Source: Acidimicrobiales bacterium (GTDB taxonomy: Bacteria > Actinomycetota > Acidimicrobiia > Acidimicrobiales > CADCSY01). From it: 64,000 nucleotides of DNA. The notes beneath the pieces are model-generated. The model searched no databases and was not told where the DNA came from. It saw only the letters and a list, made by a program, of their open reading frames with translations. The DNA lies in the NCBI GenBank assembly GCA_030446545.1, contig JAUJNB010000001.1, forward strand, positions 280,885-344,884, given 5' to 3'. Shown one piece after another: positions 33,846-42,354 of this stretch. The translations under genes and the position numbers were made by a program. Position 1 is the stretch's first letter; the number at the start of each line of letters is the position of its first letter.

Positions 33846-36800
33846 TCAAACGGCCGGCGGCCCCGGCACCTCGGGGGCAGGGCGACCTGGACCAGGGCTG
33901 CCTCTCCCCGGCCACGAGAAAGCCCCGTCCCGGCACAAGGGCGACGGGGACTCGACGGGGCAGGCGTTGGCCCAGGAGCTCGCCGTCGGCGGACAGGTTG
34001 GGTTGGAGCAGGATGCCCGTGCGCGACTGGCGCAGGCCCTGGTCCAGTGCCCGTAGGCCGCCCGTAGATCGTCGCTGCGCCCGGCGGCCACCACGTGCAG
34101 GCCCGGCCGGCGTGACTGCAGGAGCGTCCCCAGCAGGCCGTCGACGTCGTCCACCTGGGGGGCGTCGTCGACGAAGACGAACCACCGACGACCGTCACCC
34201 GGGGCCACCCGGATGACCTGGGCCAACTGCGACAGGGTCCCGGCGGCGTCGAGCGCCTCCAGGGGATGCAGCGACGAGCGATCGTCACAGACCCCCACCA
34301 GCACGGTGGCCGGGTCGGCCCGGCGCACCAGGCTGGCCATCAGGGCCAGCGTGGAGGTCTTGCCACTGCGGGGCGGCCCGGCCACCAGCACGTGGTCACC
34401 GGCGTGCAGGGTCAGCACCGCCGGGCCGAGGTCGTCGTCGGCGATCCCGACCGTGAGCTCCACCGGCGCAGGCTCCAGCTTGGCCCCGCCCGGCAGCTCG
34501 TGGAAGGCCAAGGAAGGCGGGAGCCCCCGGATGACGGCCGGAGGCGGGCGCCGCCCGGCACCCGTTCCCCGCAGGAGGGGCGACAGGTCACCGGGATGGC
34601 CCACCTGCATCACCAGCTTGGTGGGCCCGTGGACGGCCCGGCCGGGGACGAAGGCCGGCAGTCGCTTCGGTCGCAGCCCGATGGCGGAGAAGTCGGCCGG
34701 GTCCGCCAGTCGGAAGAGGATCTTCTGGCTGACCAGGGCGGCCATGCGCGCCGGGAGCGATCCGGGACGCTCGCCGGCGACCACGAACAGGATGTCCACC
34801 TCGGGCCCGTCGGCGAACACCCGCCGGAAGGCCTCGGCCGTCTCGGTGCTTTCGATTCCCTCATGTTCGGCCACAAAGGCGCCGATGCCGTCGATGAGCA
34901 CGACGACGCGGGCCTCCCCCGCCCGGTCGCTCGGGCTCAGGGCGCGCCGACGGTCGAGCTCGCGACGCAGGTAGCGAACCAGCCGGAGCTGACCCTCGTG
35001 ATCTCCGGCGGGCACGACCGCCCCGACGTCGTCATGGGCCACCAGGGGGGCCAGGCCTCCCGCCCCGAAGTCGACGGCGTAGACGTGCCAGGGCCGGTCC
35101 TCGCACCGATGGAGCAGCGAGCGGGCCACCGCCAGCAGGGCCGTGGTCGTGCCGCCGCCCACCATCCCGAAAAGGGCCAGGTGCCCGTCGGCCGGGTTCC
35201 ACCCCACCACTGCCTGACGCTGGTGCTCCGGGTCGTCGGCCAGAGCGAAAGGCACGGTCCCGACGTCGGCCTCGAGCAAGAGGATGTCGTCCAACTCGAT
35301 TCGGTCGCTCAGCATCTCGAGCCACGGCCGCCGAGGTGGTGGCGCCTGGCCCCGTTCGAAGGCGGACACCACGGCGTCGACCAGGCGGGCCAGGTCGCTG
35401 GGCCCGTTACCGGGCTCGGGCCCGGTCGCGGGCGACGAGGGAAGGGAGCCGAAGCCAAAGGGGCTCAGGCGCAGGGCGGTCGTCCGCCGGGCCTGGCGGG
35501 TGGCGGTGGCCAAGGCCGTCTGTACCAACTCGACATCGGTCGGGCCCGACCGGACGTAGGCCCTGCCGGGGTTCGACCGGGCAATGGCGGCCGCATCCTT
35601 GCGGTCGATGATGTCGGAGGAGTCGCCGGCGTCCTGGACACGAAGGGCGATGCGCAGGTTGGTGTTGGCCTTGATGTTGCCGTTCACCGCTCCCGACGGC
35701 CGCTGGGTGGCGAGCACCAGGTGCACTCCGAGGCTGCGGCCCCGCTGCGCCACCCCGACCAGGGCGCCCAGGAACTCGGGAAGTTCGCTGGCCAGGGTGG
35801 CGAACTCGTCGACCACCACCACCAACCGGGGCAACGGACCCGAGGGCGAGCCGCTGCGCAGGTAGCTGGCCTGGTCCTGGGCGGCCGACACCCGCAGCAC
35901 GCGTTCTCGATGGGCCAGCTCGGCCTCCAGCGAGGTGAGGGCCCGCTCCCCGAGGTGTTCGTCGAGGTCGGTGACCAGCCCGACGACGTGGGGCAGACGG
36001 GCGCACTGGTCGAAGGCGCTGCCCCCCTTGTAGTCGACGAGGACGAACACCAGGTGGTCGGGGTCCACCCGGGCCGCCAGGCCGGCGACCAGAGAGCGCA
36101 GCAGCTCGCTCTTCCCCGACCCGGTGGTGCCGCCCACCAGGGCATGGGGCCCGTCGCGCACCAGGTCGATGTCGACCATCCCGCGCTCGCCCATGCCGAT
36201 GGGCGTGCGCAGGGGCGGGTCGGGCAGGCCCCGGGACCACGCCCGGGCCACGACGTCGGGGTCGACGTCGTCCATCTCGAGCAGGGGCAGCAGCCGCACC
36301 AGCTTGGGCAGGCCGCTCCCGAGCACCTCCAGCTCGGAGTCCTCGTAGCGGGCCAGGGCCCGGGCGGTGGCCCGAGCGGTGGCGTCGTCGACCCCTCCGA
36401 TCAGAAAGGCGTCGATGCGCACCCGGTCCCGGGGCCGACGGAGGTCGGCATCGCCCAGGGGCCGGAGGTCGACCACCACGGTGCACATGGCCGGCAACTG
36501 GTCCTCGCTCGGGGCCAACACCACCCCCGCCACCGGCCCGGCCGCACCGTTGAGCACCAGGCGGGCCGGGGCCCGCCGACCCTCGACGAGCGCCACGTCG
36601 TCGACCACCACCAGTCGGGTGCGGCCTCCGCTGGTGTCGGCCGGACGCGACCGCAGGCGCGAGCCCGGTCCGCCCTCGTCCCCGGAGGAGGCCAGCAGCT
36701 CGCTCAGCAGCGCCTCGCAGGCCGGGCGGTCACCCGCCAGCAACCGGGACGACCCGTCCACATGGCGGGTGTGGGGCAGCCACTTGGCCCAGTCCCAGTC

Positions 36801-38090
36801 GGAGGTATGCCCGCCGGAGGCCAAAACCACCACGGCCAGGTCGGCCGGCCCGTGATGCACCGCCGCCTGGCACACCAGGGACCGGGCCAGCGCCAGGCCG
36901 GCGGCCCGGTCCCCGACCAGTCCCACCACCCCCCCGGACGAGAGGTCGACCTCGACGGGAGCGTCGTGGAGCAGGGTGAAGCGGGCCATCACCCGGCCCA
37001 CCTCTTCGTCCATCTCGTCGCGAGGTCCCTCGACGGGCGGTGACCAGGGGACGGGGCCGGTCCCGGCGCGCAAGGCGAGGAAATCGTCGTGGACGGGACG
37101 ACGCTGCCAGAGCGTGGTACTCGGTGCGTGGGCCCGGCGCAGCGTCTCGGCGATGTCGACCAACCGTTCCTCGCCGCGCCGGACCTCGGCCGCGGCGGCG
37201 GCTCGCAGGGCCTGGTCGAAGGCCTCGAGGGCAGCTCGGAAATCCCGGCCTCTCGCCTTGTTCTCCTTGGTCGTCCGACGCCGGGACGACACGTAGTTGC
37301 CGATCATCATGATCGGGCTGAGCAGCATGAACAGGGCGAATCGGGGATCACGGTAGAAGTAGATGAGCGCTCCGCCCATCAACAGCGGGGCCACAACCGT
37401 GATCACGCTGAAAGCCCGGCTACGGCCGGAGCCCCGGGGCGGTTCCGGCGCTTTGATCGGCGGCGGTCCCTCAGCCGGCGCCGGGCGGGGCGGTCGGTTG
37501 AACGGGACGAGCCCGCCCACGGCCCGGTGCAGCGGGTCGATGGCCAGCGGCCGGTCGTCGGGGAGGCGCAGGCGCAGGCGCGCCTGGGTGGCGCCGAAAC
37601 GCACCAGGGCGCCCGGAGGCACGGGCGTGGGCCCGAGCACCGGGTGCCCGTCGATCCAGGTGCCGTTGTGTGACTCGAGATCGGTCACCACCACCGAGCC
37701 GTCGGGGACGACGTGGAGGCGGGCGTGGTGGGCCGAGAGGGTGGAGTCGGCCAGCGCCACCTCGCACGCCGGCGAGCGGCCCACCACCACCTCGCCGGGG
37801 CCGAGAGGGTGGGCCGATCCCGCCCCACGGCCGCCGACGAACATCAGGGTGGGGCCCTCGCCGGCGACTCGGGCCACGGGGGCCTTGCCGGCCACGTGCA
37901 CCATCGCCCCCTCGTGCAGGCCGATCTCGTCCAACCCGGCGTCGGCGCCGAAGTACCGCTCGGCGATGACCACCCCGGCTCCAGGGGCGGCGCCGATGGC
38001 GGCCACGAGGTCGGACACGCACGCCTGCGGGTGTTCGATGTCGAGGTCGAGCTCCTGCTCGGCCCCGTCGTGCACGACGACGATCTGCAC
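33846..38090 (-). CDS. FHA-domain FtsK/SpoIIIE-family triple ATPase (EssC/EccC-type T7SS-like coupling ATPase)
   Basis: 1414-aa ORF with a GTG start 12 nt after the tadA stop. FHA-like core: VVVGRSPACEVALADSTLSAHHARLHV..LESHNGTWIDG. Two TM helices: AFSVITVVAPLLMGGALIYFY and FALFMLLSPIMMIGNYV. Three P-loops: GGTTGSGKSELLRSLV, degenerate GMVGGGTTTALLAVA, and GPPRSGKTSTLALMA. The last ~70 codons as assembled look like off-frame junk. The expected ..LRQSRTGILLQPNLSADGELLGQRLP..PGRGFLVAG.. and ..EAALVQVALPP.. lie in the other two frames, implying about 3 single-nt indels near 34040, 33905 and 33875. Confidence 0.85.
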   Translation of the reverse strand: MQIVVVHDGAEQELDLDIEHPQACVSDLVAAIGAAPGAGVVIAERYFGADAGLDEIGLHEGAMVHVAGKAPVARVAGEGPTLMFVGGRGAGSAHPLGPGEVVVGRSPACEVALADSTLSAHHARLHVVPDGSVVVTDLESHNGTWIDGHPVLGPTPVPPGALVRFGATQARLRLRLPDDRPLAIDPLHRAVGGLVPFNRPPRPAPAEGPPPIKAPEPPRGSGRSRAFSVITVVAPLLMGGALIYFYRDPRFALFMLLSPIMMIGNYVSSRRRTTKENKARGRDFRAALEAFDQALRAAAAAEVRRGEERLVDIAETLRRAHAPSTTLWQRRPVHDDFLALRAGTGPVPWSPPVEGPRDEMDEEVGRVMARFTLLHDAPVEVDLSSGGVVGLVGDRAAGLALARSLVCQAAVHHGPADLAVVVLASGGHTSDWDWAKWLPHTRHVDGSSRLLAGDRPACEALLSELLASSGDEGGPGSRLRSRPADTSGGRTRLVVVDDVALVEGRRAPARLVLNGAAGPVAGVVLAPSEDQLPAMCTVVVDLRPLGDADLRRPRDRVRIDAFLIGGVDDATARATARALARYEDSELEVLGSGLPKLVRLLPLLEMDDVDPDVVARAWSRGLPDPPLRTPIGMGERGMVDIDLVRDGPHALVGGTTGSGKSELLRSLVAGLAARVDPDHLVFVLVDYKGGSAFDQCARLPHVVGLVTDLDEHLGERALTSLEAELAHRERVLRVSAAQDQASYLRSGSPSGPLPRLVVVVDEFATLASELPEFLGALVGVAQRGRSLGVHLVLATQRPSGAVNGNIKANTNLRIALRVQDAGDSSDIIDRKDAAAIARSNPGRAYVRSGPTDVELVQTALATATRQARRTTALRLSPFGFGSLPSSPATGPEPGNGPSDLARLVDAVVSAFERGQAPPPRRPWLEMLSDRIELDDILLLEADVGTVPFALADDPEHQRQAVVGWNPADGHLALFGMVGGGTTTALLAVARSLLHRCEDRPWHVYAVDFGAGGLAPLVAHDDVGAVVPAGDHEGQLRLVRYLRRELDRRRALSPSDRAGEARVVVLIDGIGAFVAEHEGIESTETAEAFRRVFADGPEVDILFVVAGERPGSLPARMAALVSQKILFRLADPADFSAIGLRPKRLPAFVPGRAVHGPTKLVMQVGHPGDLSPLLRGTGAGRRPPPAVIRGLPPSLAFHELPGGAKLEPAPVELTVGIADDDLGPAVLTLHAGDHVLVAGPPRSGKTSTLALMASLVRRADPATVLVGVCDDRSSLHPLEALDAAGTLSQLAQVIRVAPGDGRRWFVFVDDAPQVDDVDGLLGTLLQSRRPGLHVVAAGRSDDLRAAYGHWTRACASRARASCSNPTCPPTASSWANACPVESPSPLCRDGAFSWPGRGSPGPGRPAPEVPGPPAV

Positions 38091-38102
38091 CAGGAGCGGG
38101 GG

Positions 38103-39476
38103 TCAGCCCCGGTAGGGCGACGAGGGGCGGGCGGCGCCTGCGGTCCCGGCCTGGTCCCACCATCCCTGGGGTCGGCTCAACACCGAGGGGTCGAAGCCGG
38201 CCTCTTCCAGGTCGGCCTGGGTGCGGCTGCGCAGGGGCGCCCCGGGGACGGCCCGGCGATCCGGTCCCGGCTCGAACACCTCGTTGGAGATCACCATGGA
38301 GCCTTCGGCCCCCACCACCTCCCGGATCGAGGAGATGTAGCGACCGAACCGGCGCTCGTGGGTGTCGCGCCCGACGTAGACGACGAAGTCGAGGGCATTG
38401 GCCACGATGAGGTTGGTGGCCTCCAGCGGGAGGCGCTCGGGCGCCTGCACCGCGTACATGGCCAGCTTGCCAAAGGCGCCGGCCGAGGAGTTGGCGTGGA
38501 TGGTGCACATCGAGCCGTCGTTGCCCTGGCTCATGGCGTTGAGCATGGGCAGCACCTCGTCGCCCCGCACCTCACCGACGATGACCCGGTCGGGGTCCAT
38601 GCGCAGGCCCCACCGCACGAGCGCGGCCAGGGTGATGGCTCCCTCGCCCTCCACGTTGTGCTCGCGGGCCTCGAGGGCCACCACGTCGGGGTGGAGCTCG
38701 GGATAGCGGTCGACACCGAGCTCGAGGTTGTCCTCGATGGTGACCAGGCGCTCGTCGGGGTCGATCTCGTTGATGAGGGCCCGCAACAGGGTGGTCTTGC
38801 CGGCGTCGACCCCCCCGCAGACGATGATGTTCTTGCGGGCCCGCACGGCTGCGGCCAGGAACTCCTGCAGGGCGAGGTCGATGGTGCCCAGGCCGACCAG
38901 GTCTTCGAGGAACAGCTTGGGATAGCGGTGGCGGCGGATGGCCACGCACGGGTGCGACGTCACCGCCATCACCGCGAACAGGCGGCTCCCGTCGGGCAGC
39001 TGCACGCTCAGTCGAGGAGCGCCGACATCGAAGCGCCGCTCGGTCAGGCCCACCCGGGCCGCCGTCATCCGCAGCGTCTCGATCAGCTCCTCGTCGCTGT
39101 CGGCGATGGCCGGCCCGAGCTCCTTGGTGCCGTCGGCCCGGGTGATCCACACCTCGGCCGCGCCGTTGATGTTGATGTTCTCGATGGTCTCGTCCTCGAG
39201 CAGCCGCTGCAGGGTGCCGAGGCCGAAGAGGGCGTCGTGGACGGCCTGGGCCAGCGACATCTCCTCCTCGGCGGAGAGGGGGACACGCCCCTCCTCGAGC
39301 TCCTCGCGGGCGAAGACGGCCAGCCGCTCGTTGATGAGCTGGCGCCCGAACAGGCGCTGGTCGACCTGGCTCAGCCGGGCGCGGCTGGAGGCGGTGTCCT
39401 CACGCAGCCGGTCGGTCAACTTGTCGGCCACCTCCTGGCGGAAGCGGCGGACGAGCACCTGGTCAGCGCGGTCCAT
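38103..39476 (-). CDS. tadA: CpaF/TadA-family type II/IV secretion ATPase
   Basis: ATG at 39476 (MDRADQVLVRRFRQEV) inside ORF 38103..40130. Walker A is VCGGVDAGKTTLLRAL. Also shows RVIVGEVRGDEV and MSQGNDGSMCTIHANS. Confidence 0.9.
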   Translation of the reverse strand: MDRADQVLVRRFRQEVADKLTDRLREDTASSRARLSQVDQRLFGRQLINERLAVFAREELEEGRVPLSAEEEMSLAQAVHDALFGLGTLQRLLEDETIENININGAAEVWITRADGTKELGPAIADSDEELIETLRMTAARVGLTERRFDVGAPRLSVQLPDGSRLFAVMAVTSHPCVAIRRHRYPKLFLEDLVGLGTIDLALQEFLAAAVRARKNIIVCGGVDAGKTTLLRALINEIDPDERLVTIEDNLELGVDRYPELHPDVVALEAREHNVEGEGAITLAALVRWGLRMDPDRVIVGEVRGDEVLPMLNAMSQGNDGSMCTIHANSSAGAFGKLAMYAVQAPERLPLEATNLIVANALDFVVYVGRDTHERRFGRYISSIREVVGAEGSMVISNEVFEPGPDRRAVPGAPLRSRTQADLEEAGFDPSVLSRPQGWWDQAGTAGAARPSSPYRG

Positions 39477-40623
39477 CGGGGTTCTCCTCGTCTGGGGGAT
39501 CGGGAGGGGGGCCCGACGACGGTGGGTCCGCCTCGGACAGGTGGGGACGGGCCTGGAGGGGCCGGGCCCGCGCCGTGCGACGAGGCCGCTCGGTCGGGGG
39601 CTGGCGAGGTCGGGGAGGCTCCGAGGATCTCGCCGGTGTGGGGGCCGGCGCCACCGTGGTGGCCAGGTCGGCCAGCGATCGCCACGGCGCCACCGGCTCG
39701 GCCGGGGCGCCCGAGGGCGCCAGGGCGGGCACCGGCGGCTCGGGATCCGGCTCCAGCTGTCGCGACCAGGGCCGGGCCGGCGGTGGCGGGGGAGGCGGCG
39801 GCGATGGCGCCTGCTCACGCCCCGCCAGGGGTGGTGGGTGCCGGAGCTGCTCGGGCTCCGGGTCGGGCCAGGTGGCCACCGAGGACCGCCCGTCGGCGCT
39901 CCCGGACCCCATTCGGGCCGACAGCTGCTCGGCCAGGGTACGGGCCGTGCGCAGGAGACCCGAGGCCCGCAGCACCCGCGACCGGCCGTGGTCGCCGCCG
40001 GACAGCAGCTCGGCGGCCCGGGCGTCGTCGGCGATGGTCCCGAGGGGCTGGGCCCCGACCGCCCGGCCGGCCTCGACCACGCCGTAGGGGCGGTCGCCGA
40101 CCAGCAGCAACGCCGTCGCCACCCCGGCACCGAGGGCCTGCACCCGCGCCGCCAGGTGGTGCAGCTGGGAGACCTGTGGCCGGGCCACCAGGATCATCAG
40201 CTCCGCCGCCCGCACCATGGCCATGACCGGCGACGCCGGGTCGAGCCGCCCGCAGTCGGCCAGCACGTCGATGCCGTCGAGCCCGGCCAGCAGGTTGGCC
40301 AGCCGAGAGCTCAGGGCCGACAGGGCGGCGGTGGACTGCTCGGCCGAGGCCGGGCCGGCCAGGACCTGGACTGCGTCGGAACCGGGCAGGGGCTGCGTCT
40401 GTTGCCACAGCATCTCCGGCGTCAGCTCTCGGCGGCCCTCGGCCGCCAACCGCACCAGGCCCCGCTCGACGTCCAAGCCCAGGCGAGGAGCCAGGTCGCC
40501 GCCGGCCGGGTCGGCCTCCACCACCAGGAGGCGCCGGTCGCCGGGCCAGCGGGCGGCCAGAGCGGCCACCGCCGTGGTCACGCCCGGCGAACCCTTGGCC
40601 GAGCCCAGTGCGACCAGCGTCAC
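39463..40623 (-). CDS. ParA/MinD-like ATPase-fold protein (TadZ/CpaE- or Ssd-like) with Pro-rich tail
   Basis: GTG at 40623 overlaps the upstream stop (GTGA). VTLVALGSAKGSPGVTTAVAALAA is a deviant P-loop region. The C-terminal ~130 aa are rich in Pro, Ala and Glu. Confidence 0.65.
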   Translation of the reverse strand: MTLVALGSAKGSPGVTTAVAALAARWPGDRRLLVVEADPAGGDLAPRLGLDVERGLVRLAAEGRRELTPEMLWQQTQPLPGSDAVQVLAGPASAEQSTAALSALSSRLANLLAGLDGIDVLADCGRLDPASPVMAMVRAAELMILVARPQVSQLHHLAARVQALGAGVATALLLVGDRPYGVVEAGRAVGAQPLGTIADDARAAELLSGGDHGRSRVLRASGLLRTARTLAEQLSARMGSGSADGRSSVATWPDPEPEQLRHPPPLAGREQAPSPPPPPPPPARPWSRQLEPDPEPPVPALAPSGAPAEPVAPWRSLADLATTVAPAPTPARSSEPPRPRQPPTERPRRTARARPLQARPHLSEADPPSSGPPPDPPDEENPDGPR

Positions 40624-41339
40624 CGGTCGGGCACCAGGACCAGGCTGACCCGGCCCTCGGCCGATGCCCCGGCGATGTCGGGCGCCCCTTCCCGGGGCAC
40701 GGCGAGGGACACCACCGCGGTGGACCCGTCGACCAGCTCGTCGCTGGCGAACACCCGGGCCTCGGCCAACACCCGCCCGAGGGAGCCCGGTGCCACGCTG
40801 CCGGCCGGGCGACCCGCTCCCCCGTCGAGATCGGCGGGGGCCGACGACGAGGCGTTGAGCACCACCAGCACCTGGTCGCCGGGCTGGAGCCGGCCCGAGG
40901 GCAACTGCTCGCGCGGCACGGGCACGCCCACCACCACGTCGCCCTCGGCCAGGAGCGACGCGTCCCCCCACTGACCCTGGGTCAGCAGCGCGCCCGGTAC
41001 CAGATCGACGGCGGCCGACTGGCCGATGACCGCAGCCCGCCGGTCGGCACCGACCGGCCGCAGGCCGGGGTCGGCGGAGACCCGCACCACCGCGAGGTCG
41101 GCAGCCTCGATGAGCTGACCCTCCGGCACCGGCCGGGCCACCGCCAGCACGGGCTCGCGCCCGCCGGCGTTCACCCACAACAGAGCGAAGGCCAGAGCCG
41201 AGCCGATGGTGACGAGGATCGACACCAGGGCGAGCGACCAGCGTCGCTGACGGGTCGGGCCCGAAGGCACCCGAGGGGGTCGGTCGGGGCCACGGGGCGC
41301 CGGGGCGGCCCGACGAGTCGGTGCGCTGGTGCTCGCCAT
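40620..41339 (-). CDS. SAF-domain / CpaB-like Flp pilus assembly protein
   Basis: ATG at 41339 (MASTSAPTRR..). Has one TM segment (WSLALVSILVTIGSALAFALLWV), then PVLAVARPVPEGQLIEAADLAVVRV (SAF-like). Confidence 0.65.
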   Translation of the reverse strand: MASTSAPTRRAAPAPRGPDRPPRVPSGPTRQRRWSLALVSILVTIGSALAFALLWVNAGGREPVLAVARPVPEGQLIEAADLAVVRVSADPGLRPVGADRRAAVIGQSAAVDLVPGALLTQGQWGDASLLAEGDVVVGVPVPREQLPSGRLQPGDQVLVVLNASSSAPADLDGGAGRPAGSVAPGSLGRVLAEARVFASDELVDGSTAVVSLAVPREGAPDIAGASAEGRVSLVLVPDR

Positions 41340-41346
41340 GTCGCTC

Positions 41347-42306
41347 CTAGTCGTCTTCGGTGGAGGAGTCGGGGGAGGTGGGGCGTCCCGCCCCGTCGTC
41401 GGGGCTGCCCGTCGCCAGGAGGGACTCGCCTCGGCCCGGGTCGTCGCTCTGGGGGCCGAGGGGCACCATGACCTCCATCCGGTCTCCGTCCCCGCCGTCG
41501 GACACCACCAGGGTGCCACCGGCCGTGCCGTCGGACGGGAGTGGCCTCATCGACTCCGTGGCCGGGCCCGGCGACGAAGCCACCCCGGCCACCGTCGCCC
41601 CCTCCCCCGGGCCGAGGCCGACGGCGTCGTCGGGCAGGCGCAGCGTCCACCCCGGGTAGATCCGGTCGGGGTCGGCCATGGTGGCGCCGTCGGGCTGCTC
41701 GCGTCCCTGGTTCAGCTCCCAGATCTCCACCCACCGGAAGGGATCGCGCAAGCACGTCTCGGCGATCCCCCACAACGTGTCGCGCTGCTGCACCACGTAG
41801 GTCGGTTGGGCGTCCGCGCCTGCCAGGTCGGTGAGCTCGGCCCCGCTGGCCACCACCCCGGCCGTGGCCGCCGGCATCGGCACGGGCACGGCCTGCACGG
41901 TGCGATCGGGCCGGGTGAGCAGAAGGATGACCATCAGCGAGACAGCGGCGACCAGCCGGGCCACGAGCCGCTGGACCGGGCCGGTGAGCGGGACCCGCCC
42001 GGCCTGGCGCCCGCGCACGACGGCGACCACCTCCACCAGCAGCGACGCCACCAGTTCGACCCACACGATCCAACACACCACCGCCAGCGCCTTGGCCAGG
42101 AAGGTGTCAGGGATGTAGCTGTCGCCCAGCGCAGTGGTGACCTGCGACCAGCTGGGGATGGCCGACGGCAGGGGCCAGCCGACGAAGGTCGACAAGGCCC
42201 AGGGCACCCCGCCCACCAGGGCGGCGATGGCCACCGCCCCCAGTGCGCCGCGCGCCAGGTCGGGACCTCGGGGAATGGCCTGTGTCGCTACCGGTCCCGT
42301 CACCAT
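41347..42306 (-). CDS. membrane protein with LysM peptidoglycan-binding domain
   Basis: 319-aa ORF with several N-terminal TM segments. The LysM-like segment reads YVVQQRDTLWGIAETCLRDPFRWVEIWELN..IYPGWTLRLP. Confidence 0.7.
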   Translation of the reverse strand: MVTGPVATQAIPRGPDLARGALGAVAIAALVGGVPWALSTFVGWPLPSAIPSWSQVTTALGDSYIPDTFLAKALAVVCWIVWVELVASLLVEVVAVVRGRQAGRVPLTGPVQRLVARLVAAVSLMVILLLTRPDRTVQAVPVPMPAATAGVVASGAELTDLAGADAQPTYVVQQRDTLWGIAETCLRDPFRWVEIWELNQGREQPDGATMADPDRIYPGWTLRLPDDAVGLGPGEGATVAGVASSPGPATESMRPLPSDGTAGGTLVVSDGGDGDRMEVMVPLGPQSDDPGRGESLLATGSPDDGAGRPTSPDSSTEDD

Positions 42307-42354
42307 GGTTGGCCTCCTTCTCCGTCTACCGGCGAGGTTCCGCCGGCCTGTCGC

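Noticed and set aside
34266-37043. Very long plus-strand ORFs. Examples: 34266..37043 (925 aa), 37713..40226 (837 aa), 41329..43791 (820 aa), 45588..48401 (937 aa), 14776..16320, 5205..6518, 11..1033.
   Set aside because: Their translations are Arg/Gly/Pro/His-rich low-complexity strings with no motifs. Each lies antisense to a minus-strand gene with clear domains. They are typical shadow ORFs of very GC-rich DNA.
16385-38102. The island might be a classical integrative element (tRNA-targeted island, ICE or prophage).
   Set aside because: No integrase, recombinase, transposase, relaxase or phage genes are recognisable. I could not see flanking direct repeats at 20389-20478 or 38091-38102. 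Both tRNAs (937-1020 and 48984-49058) are far from the island edges. The FtsK-like protein has T7SS-type features (FHA, 3 P-loops, WXG-like neighbours) rather than conjugative features.
39463-39860. The Pro/Ala/Glu-rich 3' third of the ParA-like gene might be a separate gene or a shadow ORF artefact.
   Set aside because: It is continuous in frame with the P-loop domain and ends 14 nt inside tadA. Pro-rich tails are common in such actinobacterial proteins. It is kept as part of the same CDS with moderate confidence.
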